From Mobula hypostoma (taxonomy: Eukaryota), in NCBI RefSeq assembly GCF_963921235.1, contig NC_086097.1, forward strand, positions 27,034,001-27,098,000: a stretch of DNA of 64,000 bases, in the 5' to 3' direction. The translations under genes and the position numbers were made by a program. This document shows positions 1-12,823 of this stretch, piece after piece (the stretch's first letter is position 1; each line of letters starts with the position of its first letter). A model generated the notes under the pieces. That model was not told the DNA's origin. It made no database searches and saw nothing but the letters and a program-made list of their open reading frames with translations.

Positions 1-2112
1 CCCAATGACGTGTGGCTCAAATAGCCTCTGACAACCAAGTCTGGTTCCTGGCATTCACGTGTGGCTTCAACAAGACAGGAAAAGGCTTTGCTACTAAGCC
101 CGGCAGAATCATTTCTATTGACAGGAGAAGGGGCAAAGGGTGCGTTACTGGCGCCTTAAAACCAGTCGCTTCTGGCAGATGGAGCTTGTCAGCCATGGTT
201 GGCAGCTCATCTAGGAGAAGGAAAACTCTGATCTCAAATTTCCGCTGCCTTGCGGCTATACCCACTCCTGGGGAAGGCTTTGGGAATAAACCCAGAGAGA
301 AAAATCCAGAGCTGGAGTCCCTAAGGTCCTGTGTTGAACTCAGCGCTGACTGGCAACTCCTGCGGCACTGCTGGTGCCAAACTGTATCAGTCTCTGCCAT
401 TCCTTTGGGTTCATCAGATCCATGGAGTGGGGAAGTGCTCTTCATATTGTAGTGTTCTGCCTTGCATACCTAGACTGCTAGGCTGCAATATCCGTGGTTG
501 ACCCTGACTGACAGAGGCCTCATCACCATCAATGGAGATGGAGAAAATGACAGAAGGGGAGAGAGTAATTGTAACCAACTAATATCATTGGTGTGGTTTT
601 GTAGAGTTGTACTGCATGGAAATGGCTTTTAATCCATGTCAACTGTTTTGCCTTTTTATGCTAGTCCCATTTGCTTGTGTTTGGCTCATATAAATATTTC
701 TGTCTTTCAAACGCTGTAATTGTAGTTGCCTCTACTGCTTCCTCTGGTAGATTATTCCATGTACCTATTATCTTTTGTGTGGAAAAATTGTCCCTTATAA
801 TGTCTTCAAAGTTTTCATCTCTCACCCTAAACCTACATTCTCCAGTTTCAAACTCTCCACCCCTGGGGAAAAAGACTATCTACCTTGTGTTTGCCCCCTC
901 ATAATTCCATAAGCCTCCCTATGGTCACCCCGCAGTCTCCTTTACTTTAGGGAAAACAATCTAACCTGTACAGTACATTGACATTTCATTTCCTTGATGT
1001 TACTTTGTGAAACAAGTGGCATATTTAATACAAGAAAACCAGTGTTATTAATGTGTTGGTACAAGAGGCAGATCAATGTTTAATGTGCTCCAGTGTTTTA
1101 AGTTGCTGTGGCTGAGTCCCGTTACTTTCGTTGGGTCATAGTTTATTTTGTAATATAATTTTTATATAATTATTCTTATTATTGAAGCTTGTTTTTGTCG
1201 AGTCTTGCACCAACACCACAGCAAATTCCTAATACACAGAACTGTTCGTGGTGAATGGAGCTGATCGTTGATTGTAGATTTCCAACACAGAAACAGGCTT
1301 TTCAGCCCAACTGGTCCCATGCCAACCACGATCGCCATCTAAGCCAGTCCCATTTGCCTGCATTTGGCCCTTCTCCGTCTAAACCTCTACTATCCATGGA
1401 CCTGTCTATCTTTTAAATGTCCACAGCTCACTAGCCCTAACCTGTATGTTGAAGAAATAGTACATTTTCAGCAGAAAGTTGCCTTAAATGCCCCTAATGT
1501 ATCTGCCTTTACCAACAAGTACTGAGGAAGAAGTGCTGGACTGCTAGATATGCCATCTTTTGGAAGAGTCATTGCAGAGATGTTAAAGTTCCTCTGGAGT
1601 TATTCTGAATGAGGGTAACTTCCTCCTTCAGTAATGACTAATGTTCCTCTGATCAATACATCATATCACTGCTTGCTGGAAAGTGCTATGTGCACCTTGG
1701 CTACTCCGTTCACTATAGTACAATTGTGACTGCTCTTTGATAAATACAGTGAAGTACTTTGCTGTGTTTTCTATTATAAGAATAATCCTTGCTTTAGGGG
1801 AATGTTGTGCACAAAAAAAAACTAAATGTTATACAGATTTGAAACTTTAGAGAAGGGATCATAGGAGTGTATCAAACAAAAATTAACATTGTTACATCAA
1901 GTGGTAATGTAGACCAAGTAGGTTTGTTTAAGCAATGTTCTTATAGGAGCAGAATTGGCAGAGAAATCCTTTCTAACTGATCAGAATTTTTATTTTGATA
2001 ACTTAGGATTTGTACTTTGCCTCAGGTCTGCACCCTCTGGCTGTTGATCAAGGTGCACCCCGCTTCTAATGTGACGGTGACACTGGTTATAGCTATGCTT
2101 TGTTGTGAGAAA

Positions 2113-3931
2113 ACATAGAGTCATAGAAAAGTACAGCACAGAAACAGGCCCTTTGGCCCATCTAGTCCATGCTGAGCCATTTAAACTTCCTACTCCCATC
2201 GACCTGCATTGGGACCATACCCCGCTGTATCCCTACCATCCATGTACCTGTCCAAACAGAGCTTAAACACTGAAATCGAGCTCACATGCATGGCTTGTGC
2301 TGGCAGCTTGTTCCACAATCTCACAACCCTCTGTGTGAAAATATTTCCCTTTGTGTTCCTCTTAAACTTTTCACCTCTCATCTTTAACCCATGACCTCTG
2401 GTTGTAGTCCTACCCAACCTCAGTGGGAAAAGCCTGCTTGCATTTACACTATCTATACCCCTCATAATTTGTAAACCTCTTATCAAATCTCCTCTCAATC
2501 TTCTACGTTCTAAGGAATGAAGTTGTAACCTATTCAATGTTTCCTTATAACTCGGGTCCTCCAGACATGGCAACATCCTTGTGGTTTTTCTCTGCACCTC
2601 TTCAACCTTGTTTACATCTTTCCTATAGGTAGAAGACCAAAACTGCACACAATACTCAAAATTAAGCCTCACCAACGTCTTATACAACTTCAGTATAACA
2701 TCCCATCTCCTCTACTCAGTACATTGATTTATGAAGGCCAATATGCTGAAAGCTTTCTTTACAACCCTATCTACCTGTGACACCACTTTCAACAAATTAT
2801 GGACCTGTATTGCCAGATCCCTTTGTTCTACCACACTCCTCAGTGATCTACCATTCACTGCGTAAGACCTACCCTGGTTGGTCCTACCAAAGTGCAACAC
2901 CTCACACTTGTCTGTATTAAATTCTGTCAGCCATTTTTCCAGCTGATCCAGATCCCTCTGCAAGCCAGGATAGTCTTCCTCACTGTCCACTACACCCCAG
3001 TCTTGGTGTCATCCACAAATTTGCCGATCCAGATCATTGATCTTGATGACAATCAACAATCCGATCCCTGTGATACTCCACTAGTCAGAGAGGCAACCAT
3101 CTACCACCACTCTGGCTTCTCCTACAAAGCCAATGTCAATGCTGAGTGACTGAACCTTCTTGACCAACCTCCCATGTGGGAACTTGTGAAATGACGTACT
3201 AAAGTCCATGTAGACAACATCCACTGTCTTGCATACATCAACTTTCCTGGTAACTCTTGCTTGAAAAACTCTATAAGATTGGATAGACATGACCTACCAC
3301 CCACAAAGTGTTGACGAGCTTAATCAGTCCCTGTCTATCTAAATACTTATCTAACCAGTCCCTTAGAATACCTTCCAATAGCTTTCCCACAACTGATGGT
3401 AGATCCACTGGCCTATAATTTCCTGGTTTATGTTTAGAGCCTTTCTTAAATAGCATTACCAATCCTCCAGTTCTCTGGTACCTCTCCTGTCGCTAAGGAT
3501 GATTTAAGTATCTCTGCTAGGGCCTGGCAATTTCTGCACTTGCCTCCCGTATGGTCTAAGGGAACACCTTGTGGGGTCCTGGGGATTTATCTATCCTGAT
3601 TTGCCTAAGGACAGCAAATGCCTCCTCCTCTAATCTGTACAGGGTCCATGATGCCAGTTTGTCTCACTTCTATAGATTCAGTATCCACTTCTATAGGCTC
3701 TATGTCCATCTCCTGAGTCAATGCAGATGCAAAAAATGTACTTAACATCTCCCCCATCTCTTTTGGCTCCACATATAGATTACCAATTTTGTCCCTTGCA
3801 ATCCTTTTGCTCTTAACATGTCTCTTGGGATTCTCCTTCACCTTGTCTGCAAAGGCAACCTCATGCCTACCTTTAGCCCTCCTGATTTCTGTTTTAAGTC
3901 TTCTCTTGCATTTCTTATACTCCATAAACAT
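2113..3931 (-). mobile_element. Degraded CR1 LINE, 3' part (outermost host of the nested stack)
   Basis: Frameshifted RT fragments (PGNYRPV, YCVQFWS, FTQRVV..WN) and a (CTATG)-type tail near 2113. Confidence 0.9.
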
Positions 3932-4102
3932 ACCAAAATCAGGCTTATTATCACCGGCATATGCCTTGAAATTTGTTAACTTAGCAGCAGCAGTTCAATG
4001 CAATACATAATGTAGAAGGAAATTACTTTAAAATAATAAATAAATCAATTATAGTACACGTATATTGAATAGATTAAAAATCATACAGAAACAGTAATAA
4101 TA

Positions 4103-4633
4103 TTGGGTAGGGCAAGGAAGAGGAGGGCAGTTGTGATAGGGGACTCGATAGTAAGGGGGTCAGATAGGCGATTCTGTGGACGCAGTCCAGAGACCCGGAT
4201 GGTAGTTTGCCACCCTGGTGCCAGGGTCCGGGATATTTCTGATCGTGTCCAAGATATCCTGAAGTGGGAGGGTGAGGAGCCAGAGGTCGTGGTACATATA
4301 GGTACCAATGACATAGGTAGGAAAAGGGATGAGGTCCTGAAAGGAGAATATAGGGAGCTAGGAAGGGAGTTGAGAAAAAGGACTGCAAAGGTAGTAATCT
4401 CGGGATTACTGCCTGTGCCACACGACAGTGAGAGTAGGAATGGGATGAGGTGGAGGATAAATGTGTGGCTGAGGGATTGGAGCAGGGGGCAGGGATTCAA
4501 GTTTTTGGATCATTGGGACCTCTTTTGGCGCAGGCGTGACCTGTACAAAAAGGACGGGTTACACTTGAATCCTAGGGGGACCAATATACTGGCAGGGAGA
4601 TTAGCGAGGGCTACTGAGGTGACTTTAAACTAG
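4103..4633 (+). CDS. CR1 ORF1 C-terminal SGNH-esterase-like domain (partial)
   Basis: VIGDS, HIGTND and DGLHLN blocks; no true start codon because the element is truncated. Confidence 0.85.
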   Translation: MGRARKRRAVVIGDSIVRGSDRRFCGRSPETRMVVCHPGARVRDISDRVQDILKWEGEEPEVVVHIGTNDIGRKRDEVLKGEYRELGRELRKRTAKVVISGLLPVPHDSESRNGMRWRINVWLRDWSRGQGFKFLDHWDLFWRRRDLYKKDGLHLNPRGTNILAGRLARATEVTLN

Positions 4634-7600
4634 AATGGTTGGGGGGTGGGAAATTAAAGAGGCTAGGCTTGAGGAGGTTAGTTCACAACAAGGGGATGGG
4701 AACCAGTGCAGAGAGACAGAGGGGTGTAAAGTGAGGGTAGAAGCAAAAAGTACAAAGGAGAAAAGTAAAAGTGGCAGGCTGACAAATCCAGGGCAAGCAT
4801 TAAAAAGGGTCACTTTTCAACATAATTGTATAAGGGCTAAGAGAGTTGTAAAAGAGCGCCTGAAGGCTTTGTGTGTCAATGCCAGGAGCATTCGTAATAA
4901 GGTGGATGAATTGAAAGTGCAGATTGTTATTAATGATTATGATATAGTTGGGATCACAGAGACATGGCTCCAGGGTGACCAAGGATGGGAGCTCAACGTT
5001 CAGGGATATTCAATATTCAGGAGGGATAGACATGAAGGAAGGGGAGGTGGGGTGGCGTTGCTGGTTAAAGAAGAGATTAACGCAATAGAAAGGAAGGACA
5101 TAAACCGGGAAGATGTGGAATCGATATGGGTAGAGCTGCGTAACACTAAGGGGCAGAAGACGCTGGTGGGAGTTGTGTACAGGCCACCTAACAGTAGTAG
5201 TGAGGTCGGAGATGGTATTAAACAGGAAGTTAGAAATGTGTGCAATAAAGGAACAGCAGTTATAGTGGGTGACTTCAATCTACATGTAGATTGGGTGAAC
5301 CAAATTGGTAAAGGTGCTGAGGAAGAGGATTTCTTGGAATGTATGCGGGATGGTTTTTTGAACCAACATGTCGAGGAACCAACTGGAGAGCAGGCTATTC
5401 TGGACTGGGTTTTGAGCAATGAGGAAGGGTTAATTAGCAATCTTGTCGTGAGAGGCCCCTTGGGTAAGAGTGACCATAATATGGTGGAATTCTTCATTAA
5501 GATGGAGAGTGACATAGTTAATTCAGAAACAAAGGTTCTGAACTTAAAGAGGGGTAACTTTGAAGGTATGAGACGTGAATTAGCTAAGATAGACTGGCAA
5601 ATGACACTTAAAGGATTGACGGTGGATATGCAATGGCAAGCATTTAAAGGTTGCATGGATGAACTACAACAATTGTTCATCCCAGTTTGGCAAAAGCATA
5701 AATCAAGGAAGGTAGTGCACCCGTGGCTGACAAGAGAAATTAGGGATAGTATCAATTCCAAAGAAGAAGCATACAAATTAGCCAGAGAAAGTGGCTCACC
5801 TAAGGACTGGGAGAAATTCAGAGTTCAGCAGAGGAGGACAAGGGGCTTAATTAGGAAGGGGAAAAAAGATTATGAGAGAAAACTGGCAGGGAACATAAAA
5901 ACTGACTGTAAAAGCTCTTTTAGATGTGTAGAAAGGAAAAGACTGGTAAAGACAAATGTAGGTCCCCTACAGACAGAAACAGGTGAATTGATTATGGGGA
6001 GCAAGGACATGGCAGACCAATTGAATAATTACTTTGGTTCTGTCTTCACTAAGGAGGACATAAATAATCTTCCAGAAATAGTAGGGGACAGAGGGTCCAG
6101 TGAGATGGAGGAACTGAGCGAAATACATGTTAGTAGGGAAGTGGTGTTAGGTAAATTGAAGGGATTGAAGGCAGATAAATCCCCAGGGCCAGATGGTCTG
6201 CATCCTAGAGTGCTTAAGGAAGGAGCCCAAGAAATAGTGGATGCATTAGTGATAATTTTTCAAAACTCGTTAGATTCTGGACTGGTTCCTGAGGATTGGA
6301 GGGTGGCTAATGTAACCCCACTTTTTAAAAAAGGAGGGAGAGAGAAACCGGGGAATTATAGACCGGTTAGCCTAACGTCGGTGGTGGGGAAACTGCTGGA
6401 GTCAGTTATCAAAGATGTGATAACAGCACATTTGGAAAGCGGTGAAATGATCAGACAAAGTCAGCATGGATTTGTGAAAGGAAAATCATGTCTGACGAAT
6501 CTCATAGAATTTTTTGAGGATGTAACTAGTAGAGTGGATAGGGGAGAACCAGTGGATGTGGTATATTTGGATTTTCAAAAGGCTTTTGACAAGGTCCCAC
6601 ACAGGAGATTAGTGTGCAAACTTAAAGCACACGGTATTGGGGGTAAGGTATTGATGTGGATAGAGAATTGGTTAGCAGACAGGAAGCAAAGAGTGGGAAT
6701 AAACGGGACCTTTTCAGAATGGCAGGCGGTGACTAGTGGGGTACCGCAAGGCTCAGTGCTGGGACCCCAGTTGTTTACAATATATGTTAATGACTTGGAT
6801 GAGGGAATTAAATACAGCATCTCCAAGTTTGCGGATGACACGAAGCTGGGTGGCAGTGTTAGCTGTGAGGAGGATGCTAAGAGGATGCAGAGTGACTTGG
6901 ATAGGTTGGGTGAGTGGGCAAATTCATGGCAGATGCAATTTAATGTGGATAAATGTGAAGTTATCCACTTTGGTGGCAAAAATAGGAAAACAGATTATTA
7001 TCTGTATGGTGGCCGATTAGGAAAAGGGGAGGTGCAACGAGACCTGGGTGTCATTATACACCAGTCATTGAAAGTGGGCATGCAGGTACAGCAGGTGGTG
7101 AAAAAGACGAATGGTATGCTGGCATTTATAGCGAGAGGATTCGAGTACAGGAGCAGGGAGGTACTACTGCAGTTGTACGAGGCCTTGGTGAGACCACACC
7201 TGGAGTATTGTGTGCAGTTTTGGTCCCCTAATCTGAGGAAAGACATCCTTGCCATAGAGGGAGTACAAAGAAGGTTCACCAGATTGATTCCTGGGATGGC
7301 AGGACTTTCATATGAAGAAAGACTGGATGAACTGGGCTTGTACTCGTTGGAATTTAGAAGATTGAGGGGGGATCTGATTGAAACGTATAAAATCCTAAAG
7401 GGATTGGACAGGCTAGATGCAGGAAGATTGTTCCCGATGTTGGGGAAGTCCAGAACAAGGGGTCACAGTTTGAGGATAAAGGGGAAGCCTTTTAGGACCG
7501 AGATTAGGAAAAACTTCTTCACACAGAGAGTGGTGAATCTGTGGAATTCTCTGCCACAGGAAACTGTTGAGGCCAGTTCATTGGCTATATTTAAGAGGGA

Positions 7601-7763
7601 GTTAGATATGGCCCTTGTGGCTACGGGGGTCAGGGGGTATGGAGGGAAGGCTGGGGCGGGGTTCTGAGTTGGATGATCAGCCATGATCATAATAAATGGC
7701 GGTGCAGGCTCAAAGGGCCGAATGGCCTACTCCTGCACCTATTTTCTATGTTTCTATGTTTCT
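4104..7763 (+). mobile_element. Young CR1 LINE, 5'-truncated in ORF1, ORF2 intact
   Basis: Esterase-type ORF1 end, open ORF2, (TTTCTATG)n tail, AATAT duplicated at 4099-4103 and 7764-7768. Confidence 0.95.
4635..7667 (+). CDS. CR1 ORF2: AP endonuclease plus reverse transcriptase, 1010 aa
   Basis: NARS, ITETWL, GDFN and SDH endonuclease motifs; YLDFQKAFD, GVPQGSVLGP and FADD RT motifs; no stops. Confidence 0.95.
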   Translation: MVGGWEIKEARLEEVSSQQGDGNQCRETEGCKVRVEAKSTKEKSKSGRLTNPGQALKRVTFQHNCIRAKRVVKERLKALCVNARSIRNKVDELKVQIVINDYDIVGITETWLQGDQGWELNVQGYSIFRRDRHEGRGGGVALLVKEEINAIERKDINREDVESIWVELRNTKGQKTLVGVVYRPPNSSSEVGDGIKQEVRNVCNKGTAVIVGDFNLHVDWVNQIGKGAEEEDFLECMRDGFLNQHVEEPTGEQAILDWVLSNEEGLISNLVVRGPLGKSDHNMVEFFIKMESDIVNSETKVLNLKRGNFEGMRRELAKIDWQMTLKGLTVDMQWQAFKGCMDELQQLFIPVWQKHKSRKVVHPWLTREIRDSINSKEEAYKLARESGSPKDWEKFRVQQRRTRGLIRKGKKDYERKLAGNIKTDCKSSFRCVERKRLVKTNVGPLQTETGELIMGSKDMADQLNNYFGSVFTKEDINNLPEIVGDRGSSEMEELSEIHVSREVVLGKLKGLKADKSPGPDGLHPRVLKEGAQEIVDALVIIFQNSLDSGLVPEDWRVANVTPLFKKGGREKPGNYRPVSLTSVVGKLLESVIKDVITAHLESGEMIRQSQHGFVKGKSCLTNLIEFFEDVTSRVDRGEPVDVVYLDFQKAFDKVPHRRLVCKLKAHGIGGKVLMWIENWLADRKQRVGINGTFSEWQAVTSGVPQGSVLGPQLFTIYVNDLDEGIKYSISKFADDTKLGGSVSCEEDAKRMQSDLDRLGEWANSWQMQFNVDKCEVIHFGGKNRKTDYYLYGGRLGKGEVQRDLGVIIHQSLKVGMQVQQVVKKTNGMLAFIARGFEYRSREVLLQLYEALVRPHLEYCVQFWSPNLRKDILAIEGVQRRFTRLIPGMAGLSYEERLDELGLYSLEFRRLRGDLIETYKILKGLDRLDAGRLFPMLGKSRTRGHSLRIKGKPFRTEIRKNFFTQRVVNLWNSLPQETVEASSLAIFKRELDMALVATGVRGYGGKAGAGF

Positions 7764-8366
7764 AATATAGATTAAAAAGTGAGGTAGTGTTCAAGGGTTC
7801 AATGTCCATTTAGGAATCAGATGGCAGAGGGGAAGAAGCTGTTCCTGAATTGCTGAGTGTGTGCCTTCAGGTTTCTATACCTTCTGCCTGATGGTAACAG
7901 TGAGAAAAGGGCATGCCCTGGGTGCTGGGTGTCCTTAATAATGGAATCTGCCTTTTGGAGACACCGCTCCTCGAAGATGAGCTGGGTATTTTGTAGGCTA
8001 GTACCCAAGATGGAGCCAATTAAATTTACAACCCTCTGCAGCTTCTTTTGGTCCTCTGCAGTGGGCCCACCATAGCAGACAGTGATGCAGCCTGTCAGAA
8101 TGCTCTCCACGGTACATCTATAGAGGTTTTTGAGTGTTTTTGTTGACATACCAAATCTCTTCAAACTCCTAATGAAGTATAGGCGCTGTCTTGCCTTGTT
8201 TATAGCTTCATCGATATGATGGGACTAGGTTAGATCCTCAGAGATTTTGACACCCAGGAACTTGAAACTGCTCACTCTCTCCACTTCTGATCCCTTTATG
8301 AGGATTGGTATGTGTTCCTTCATTTACCCTTCCTGAAGTCCACAATCAGCTCTTTCGCCTTACTGA

Positions 8367-11300
8367 TAGGACCATAGAACATTACAGCACAGAAACAGGC
8401 CTTTTGGTCCTTCTTGGCTGTGCCGAACCATTTTTCTGCCTCGTCCCACTAACCTGCACCTGGACCATATCCCTCCATACACCTCTCATCCATGTACCTG
8501 TCCAAGTTTTTCTTAAATGTTAAAAGTGAGCCCATATTTACCACTTCATCTGGCAGCTCATTCCACACTCCCACCACTCTCTGTGTGAAGAAGCCTCCCC
8601 CCAATGTTCCTTTTAAACTTTTCCCCCTTCACCCTTACGCATGTCCTCTGGTTTTTTTCTCCCCTAGCCTCAGTGGAAAAAGCCTACTTGCATTCACTCT
8701 ATCTATACCCATCAAAATTTTATATACTTCTATCAAATCTCCCCTCATTCTTCTATGCTCCAGGGAATAATGTCCTAACCTATTCAATCTTTCTCTGTAA
8801 CTCAGTTTCTCAAGTCCCAGCAACATCCTTGTAAACCTTCTCTGCACTATTTCAACCTTATTAATATCCTTCCTGTAATTTGGTGACCAAAACTGCACAC
8901 AGTACTCCAAATTCAACCTCACCAATGCCTTATACAATCTCACCATAACATTCCAACTCTTATACTCAGTACTTTGATTTATAAAGGCCAATGTACCAAA
9001 AGCTCTCTTTACAACCCTATCTACCTGTGACGCCACTTTTAGGGAATTTTGTATCTGTATTCTCAGATCCCTCTGTTCTACTGCACTCCTCAGTGCCCTA
9101 CCATTTACCTTGTATGTTCTACCTTGGTTTGTCCTTCCAAAGTGCAATATTTCACACTTGTCTGTATTAAACTCCATTTGCCATTTTTCAGCCCATTTTT
9201 CCAGCTGGTCCAAATCCCTTTGCAAGCTTTGAAGACCTTCCTACTGTCCCCTACACCTCCAATCTTTGTATCATCAGCAAATCTGCTGATTCAATTTACC
9301 ACATTATCATCCAGATCATTAATATAGATGACAAATAACAATGGACCCAGCACTGATCCCTGTGGCACACCACTAATCACAGGCCTCCTCTCAGAGAAGC
9401 AATCCTCCACTACCACTCTCTGGCTTCTTCCATTGAGCCAATGTCTAATCCAATTTACTACCTCTCCATGTATACCTAGCGACTGAATCTTCCTAACTAA
9501 CCTCCCATGCGGGACCTTGTCAAAGGCCTTACTGAACTCTACGTAGACAATATCCACTGCCTTCCCTTCATCCACTTTCCTGGTAACCTCCTCGAAAAAC
9601 TCCAATAGATTGGTTAAACATGACCTACCACGCACAAAGCCATGTTGACTCTCCCTAATAAGTCCCTGTCTCTCCAAATACTTGTAGATCCTATCTCTCA
9701 GTACTCCTTCCAATAATTTACCTACTACTGATGTCAAACTTACTGGCCTATAATTTCCAGGATTACTTTTAGAGCCTTTTTTAAACAACAGAACACCAAC
9801 CCTCCGGCACCTTACCCGTAGACACCGACATTTTAAATACATCTGCCAGGGCCCCTGCAATTTCAACACTTGTCTCCTTCAAGGTCCGAGGGAATACCCT
9901 GTCAGGTCCTGGGGATTTATCTACTCTGATTTGCCTCAAGATAGCAAACACCTCCTCCTCTTCAATCTGTATAGGTTCCATGACCTCACTACTTGTTTGC
10001 CTTATTTCCATAGACTCCATGCCGGTTTCCTTAGTAAATACAGACACAAAAAAAAATCATTTGAGATCTCCCCCATTTCTTTTGGTTCCATATGTAGCCG
10101 ACCACTCTGATCTTCAAGAGGACTAATTTTATCCTTTACTATCCTTTTGCTCTTAATATACCTGTAGAAGCTCTTTGGATTATCCTTCACCTTGACTGCC
10201 AAATAAACCTCATGTCTTTTAGCCCTCCTGATTTCTTTCTCAAGTTTTTTTTTGCACTTTTTATACTCCTCAAGCACCTTATTTGCTCCCTGTTTCCTAT
10301 CATACATCTCTCTCTTCTTCTTTATCAGAGTTCCAATATCCCTTGAGAACCAAGGTTTCTTATTCTTATTCACTTTGCCTTTAATCCTGACAGGAACATA
10401 CAAACTCTGCACTCTCAAAATTTCTCCTTTGAAGGCCTCCCACTTACCAATTACATACTTGCCAGAGAACAACCTGTCCCAATCCACGCTTTTTAGATCC
10501 TTTCTCATTTCAAATTTAGCCTTTTTCCAGTTTAGAACCTCAACCTGAAGACCAGATCTATCTTTATCCATGATCAAGTTGAAACTAATGGTGTTATGAT
10601 CACTGGAACCAAAGTGTTCCCCTACACACACTTCCATCACCTGTCCTAACTGGTTTCCTAATAGGAGATCTAATATTGGTACCTCAGTAGTTGGTACCTC
10701 TATATATTGATTTAGAAAACTTTCCTGTACACATTTTACAAACTCTAACCCATCTAGACCTTTAACAGTATGGGAATCCCAATCAATATGTGGAAAATTA
10801 AAATCCCCTACTATCACAACTTTATGTTTCCTGTAGTTGTCTGCTATCTCTCTGCAGATTTGCACCTCCAATTCTTGCTGACTATTGGGTGGTCTATAAT
10901 ACAATCCCATTAATGTGGTCATACCTTTCCTGTTTCTCAGCTCCACCCATATGGCCTCGATAAAAAAGCCTTCTAATCTGTCCTGCCTGAGCACTGCTGT
11001 AACATTTTCCCTGACTAGCAATACCACCCCCACCCTTCGTTCCTCTGCCTCTATCCTGTTTGAAACATCGGAACCCTGGAACATTAAGCTGCCAGTCCTG
11101 CCTCTCCTGTAGCCAAGTTTTACTAATGGCTACAGGTTTCCCCCGCCATCTGAAGGTAGAGCATTCCTATGAAACGGTTCGTAAGCTGAAATGTTGTAAA
11201 GCGAAGAAGCAATTACCATTTATTTATATGGGAAAAATTTGTGAGCGTTCGTCTCTTTCCGTCGTCTCTGATCTGGGCCAACAATTACGTTTTGGGTGGC

Positions 11301-12823
11301 ACCTAATTAATTAGCTTGTTTATTTTGGCTTTTTTCTTAAAGATGTGCTGTGTGCCTCCTGGCTACCGCTGCATTCTCCGCAAATCGCGGGGTGGTGGGA
11401 CACTGGGGTATCATCTCGTCGTCTGTTTCCATTAGAGCAGGCAGCTCATCTTCTATGACTGACTGCCTCGATGTCGAAGGTCGAGGTTTGTCATCTGCTG
11501 TGGCTGATGGGGAAGGCTTGCTTGACTACTGAGCCTCGCGCATTTTTCTATCATACAGTTCTTTGTAAGGACTCAAACCATCCTGCAAATATCCCCTAAA
11601 CCTAAGTACCCTTTCAAAATTAAAGTCGTACTTTATCATTGCAGCAAAAATCTCACGCAGTTGCTTCATGTTCAGTTCCTGGACGACTTCACTTTCGGCC
11701 CGTTCGCTATTGCATTCGGTTTCAATTGTTATCCTTTCCTCTTCCAATTGCTTCAACTCTTCATCTATTAGTTCTTGGTCATGGGATGCCAAAACCTCTT
11801 CGACATCATCTTCGTCAACTTCCAGAAGCCAAACTCACTCAGTCCTTACTTCGTTCACCACGATTGAAAGGCTTAATTATGTCTAGTTTTAAACTAAGTG
11901 TAACACCCTTATGAGCTCTTTTAGGCTTTTCCAATACCTTAGAACTCATCTTGCAAACACCTGCTCACAGGCACGTGTTTAAGTAATGCCGGCTAGAATG
12001 CAGTTCCGAATCCGGGGGAGAGCGGCTGCTCGGGGCGCGCACTGCCTTTTCTCGCGCGCTGATTTTTTTTCATAACAGTGAAAACACCACCTGAAAGTGA
12101 AAACGACACTAATCTTTCGTAACAGTGAGGTTTCGTAAAGCGAATGTTCGAAAAGTGGGGGACACCTGTATAATGTTGTAATTCCATGTGTCAATCCACG
12201 TCCTCAGCTCGTCTGCCTTCCCCACAATACTCCTTGCATTGAAGTAGACGCACCTCAGAAGATTAATACCACCACACACAACCCTTCTATTTGTGACTTT
12301 GCATGAACTTTTAACATCACTTATTTTCACCCCCACTCCACTATCTGCTCTGGCACTTTGGTTCCCATTCCCCTGCAAATCTAGTTTAAACCCTCCCCAA
12401 TAGCACTAACAAACCTCCCTGCAAGGATATTGGTCCCCTTGTAGTTCAGGTGTAACCCGTCTCTCTTGTACAGGTCCCACCTGCCCCAGAAGAGGTCCCA
12501 ATGATTCTGAAATCTGAAACCCTGCCAGTTCCTCAGCCACGTGTTCATCCACCAGAGCATCCTATTCTTATCCTCACTAGCACGTGGCACAGGTAGCAAT
12601 CCTGAGATTACCACCCTCGAGGTCCTGCTTTTTAACTTCCTACCAAGCTCTCTACACTCACTCTTCAGGACCTCCTCACTCTTTCTTCCTACGTCATTGG
12701 TACCGATGTGTACCATGACATCTGGCTGGTCACCCTCCCACTTCAGAATGCTGTGCACGCAATCAGAGACATCCCTGACCCTGGCACCCGGGAGGCAACA
12801 AGCCATCCGGGAGTCTCTATCAC
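8367..12823 (-). mobile_element. Older frameshifted CR1 LINE (ORF1 esterase end plus ORF2), interrupted by a Tigger-like element
   Basis: ORFs 12381..12857, 12109..12378, 10002..11084, 9291..9869 and 8635..9225 are collinear CR1 pieces. Confidence 0.92.
11133..12168 (-). mobile_element. Internally deleted Tigger/pogo-type DNA transposon
   Basis: Imperfect TIRs CAGGTTTCCCCC / GGGGGACACCTG, TA on both sides, ORF 11526..11792 resembling a Tigger transposase C-terminus. The host CR1 reads through once it is removed. Confidence 0.8.

Noticed and set aside
12..452. Overlapping 146-aa and 142-aa ORFs at the window start
   Set aside because: No recognisable domain. The sequence resembles a non-coding RTE-associated repeat (a similar type may lie at ~35390-35800), but I cannot classify it.
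5000..5776. 258-aa minus-strand ORF and other long antisense ORFs over LINEs
   Set aside because: Shadow frames of CR1/Rex coding sequence with no independent signals.
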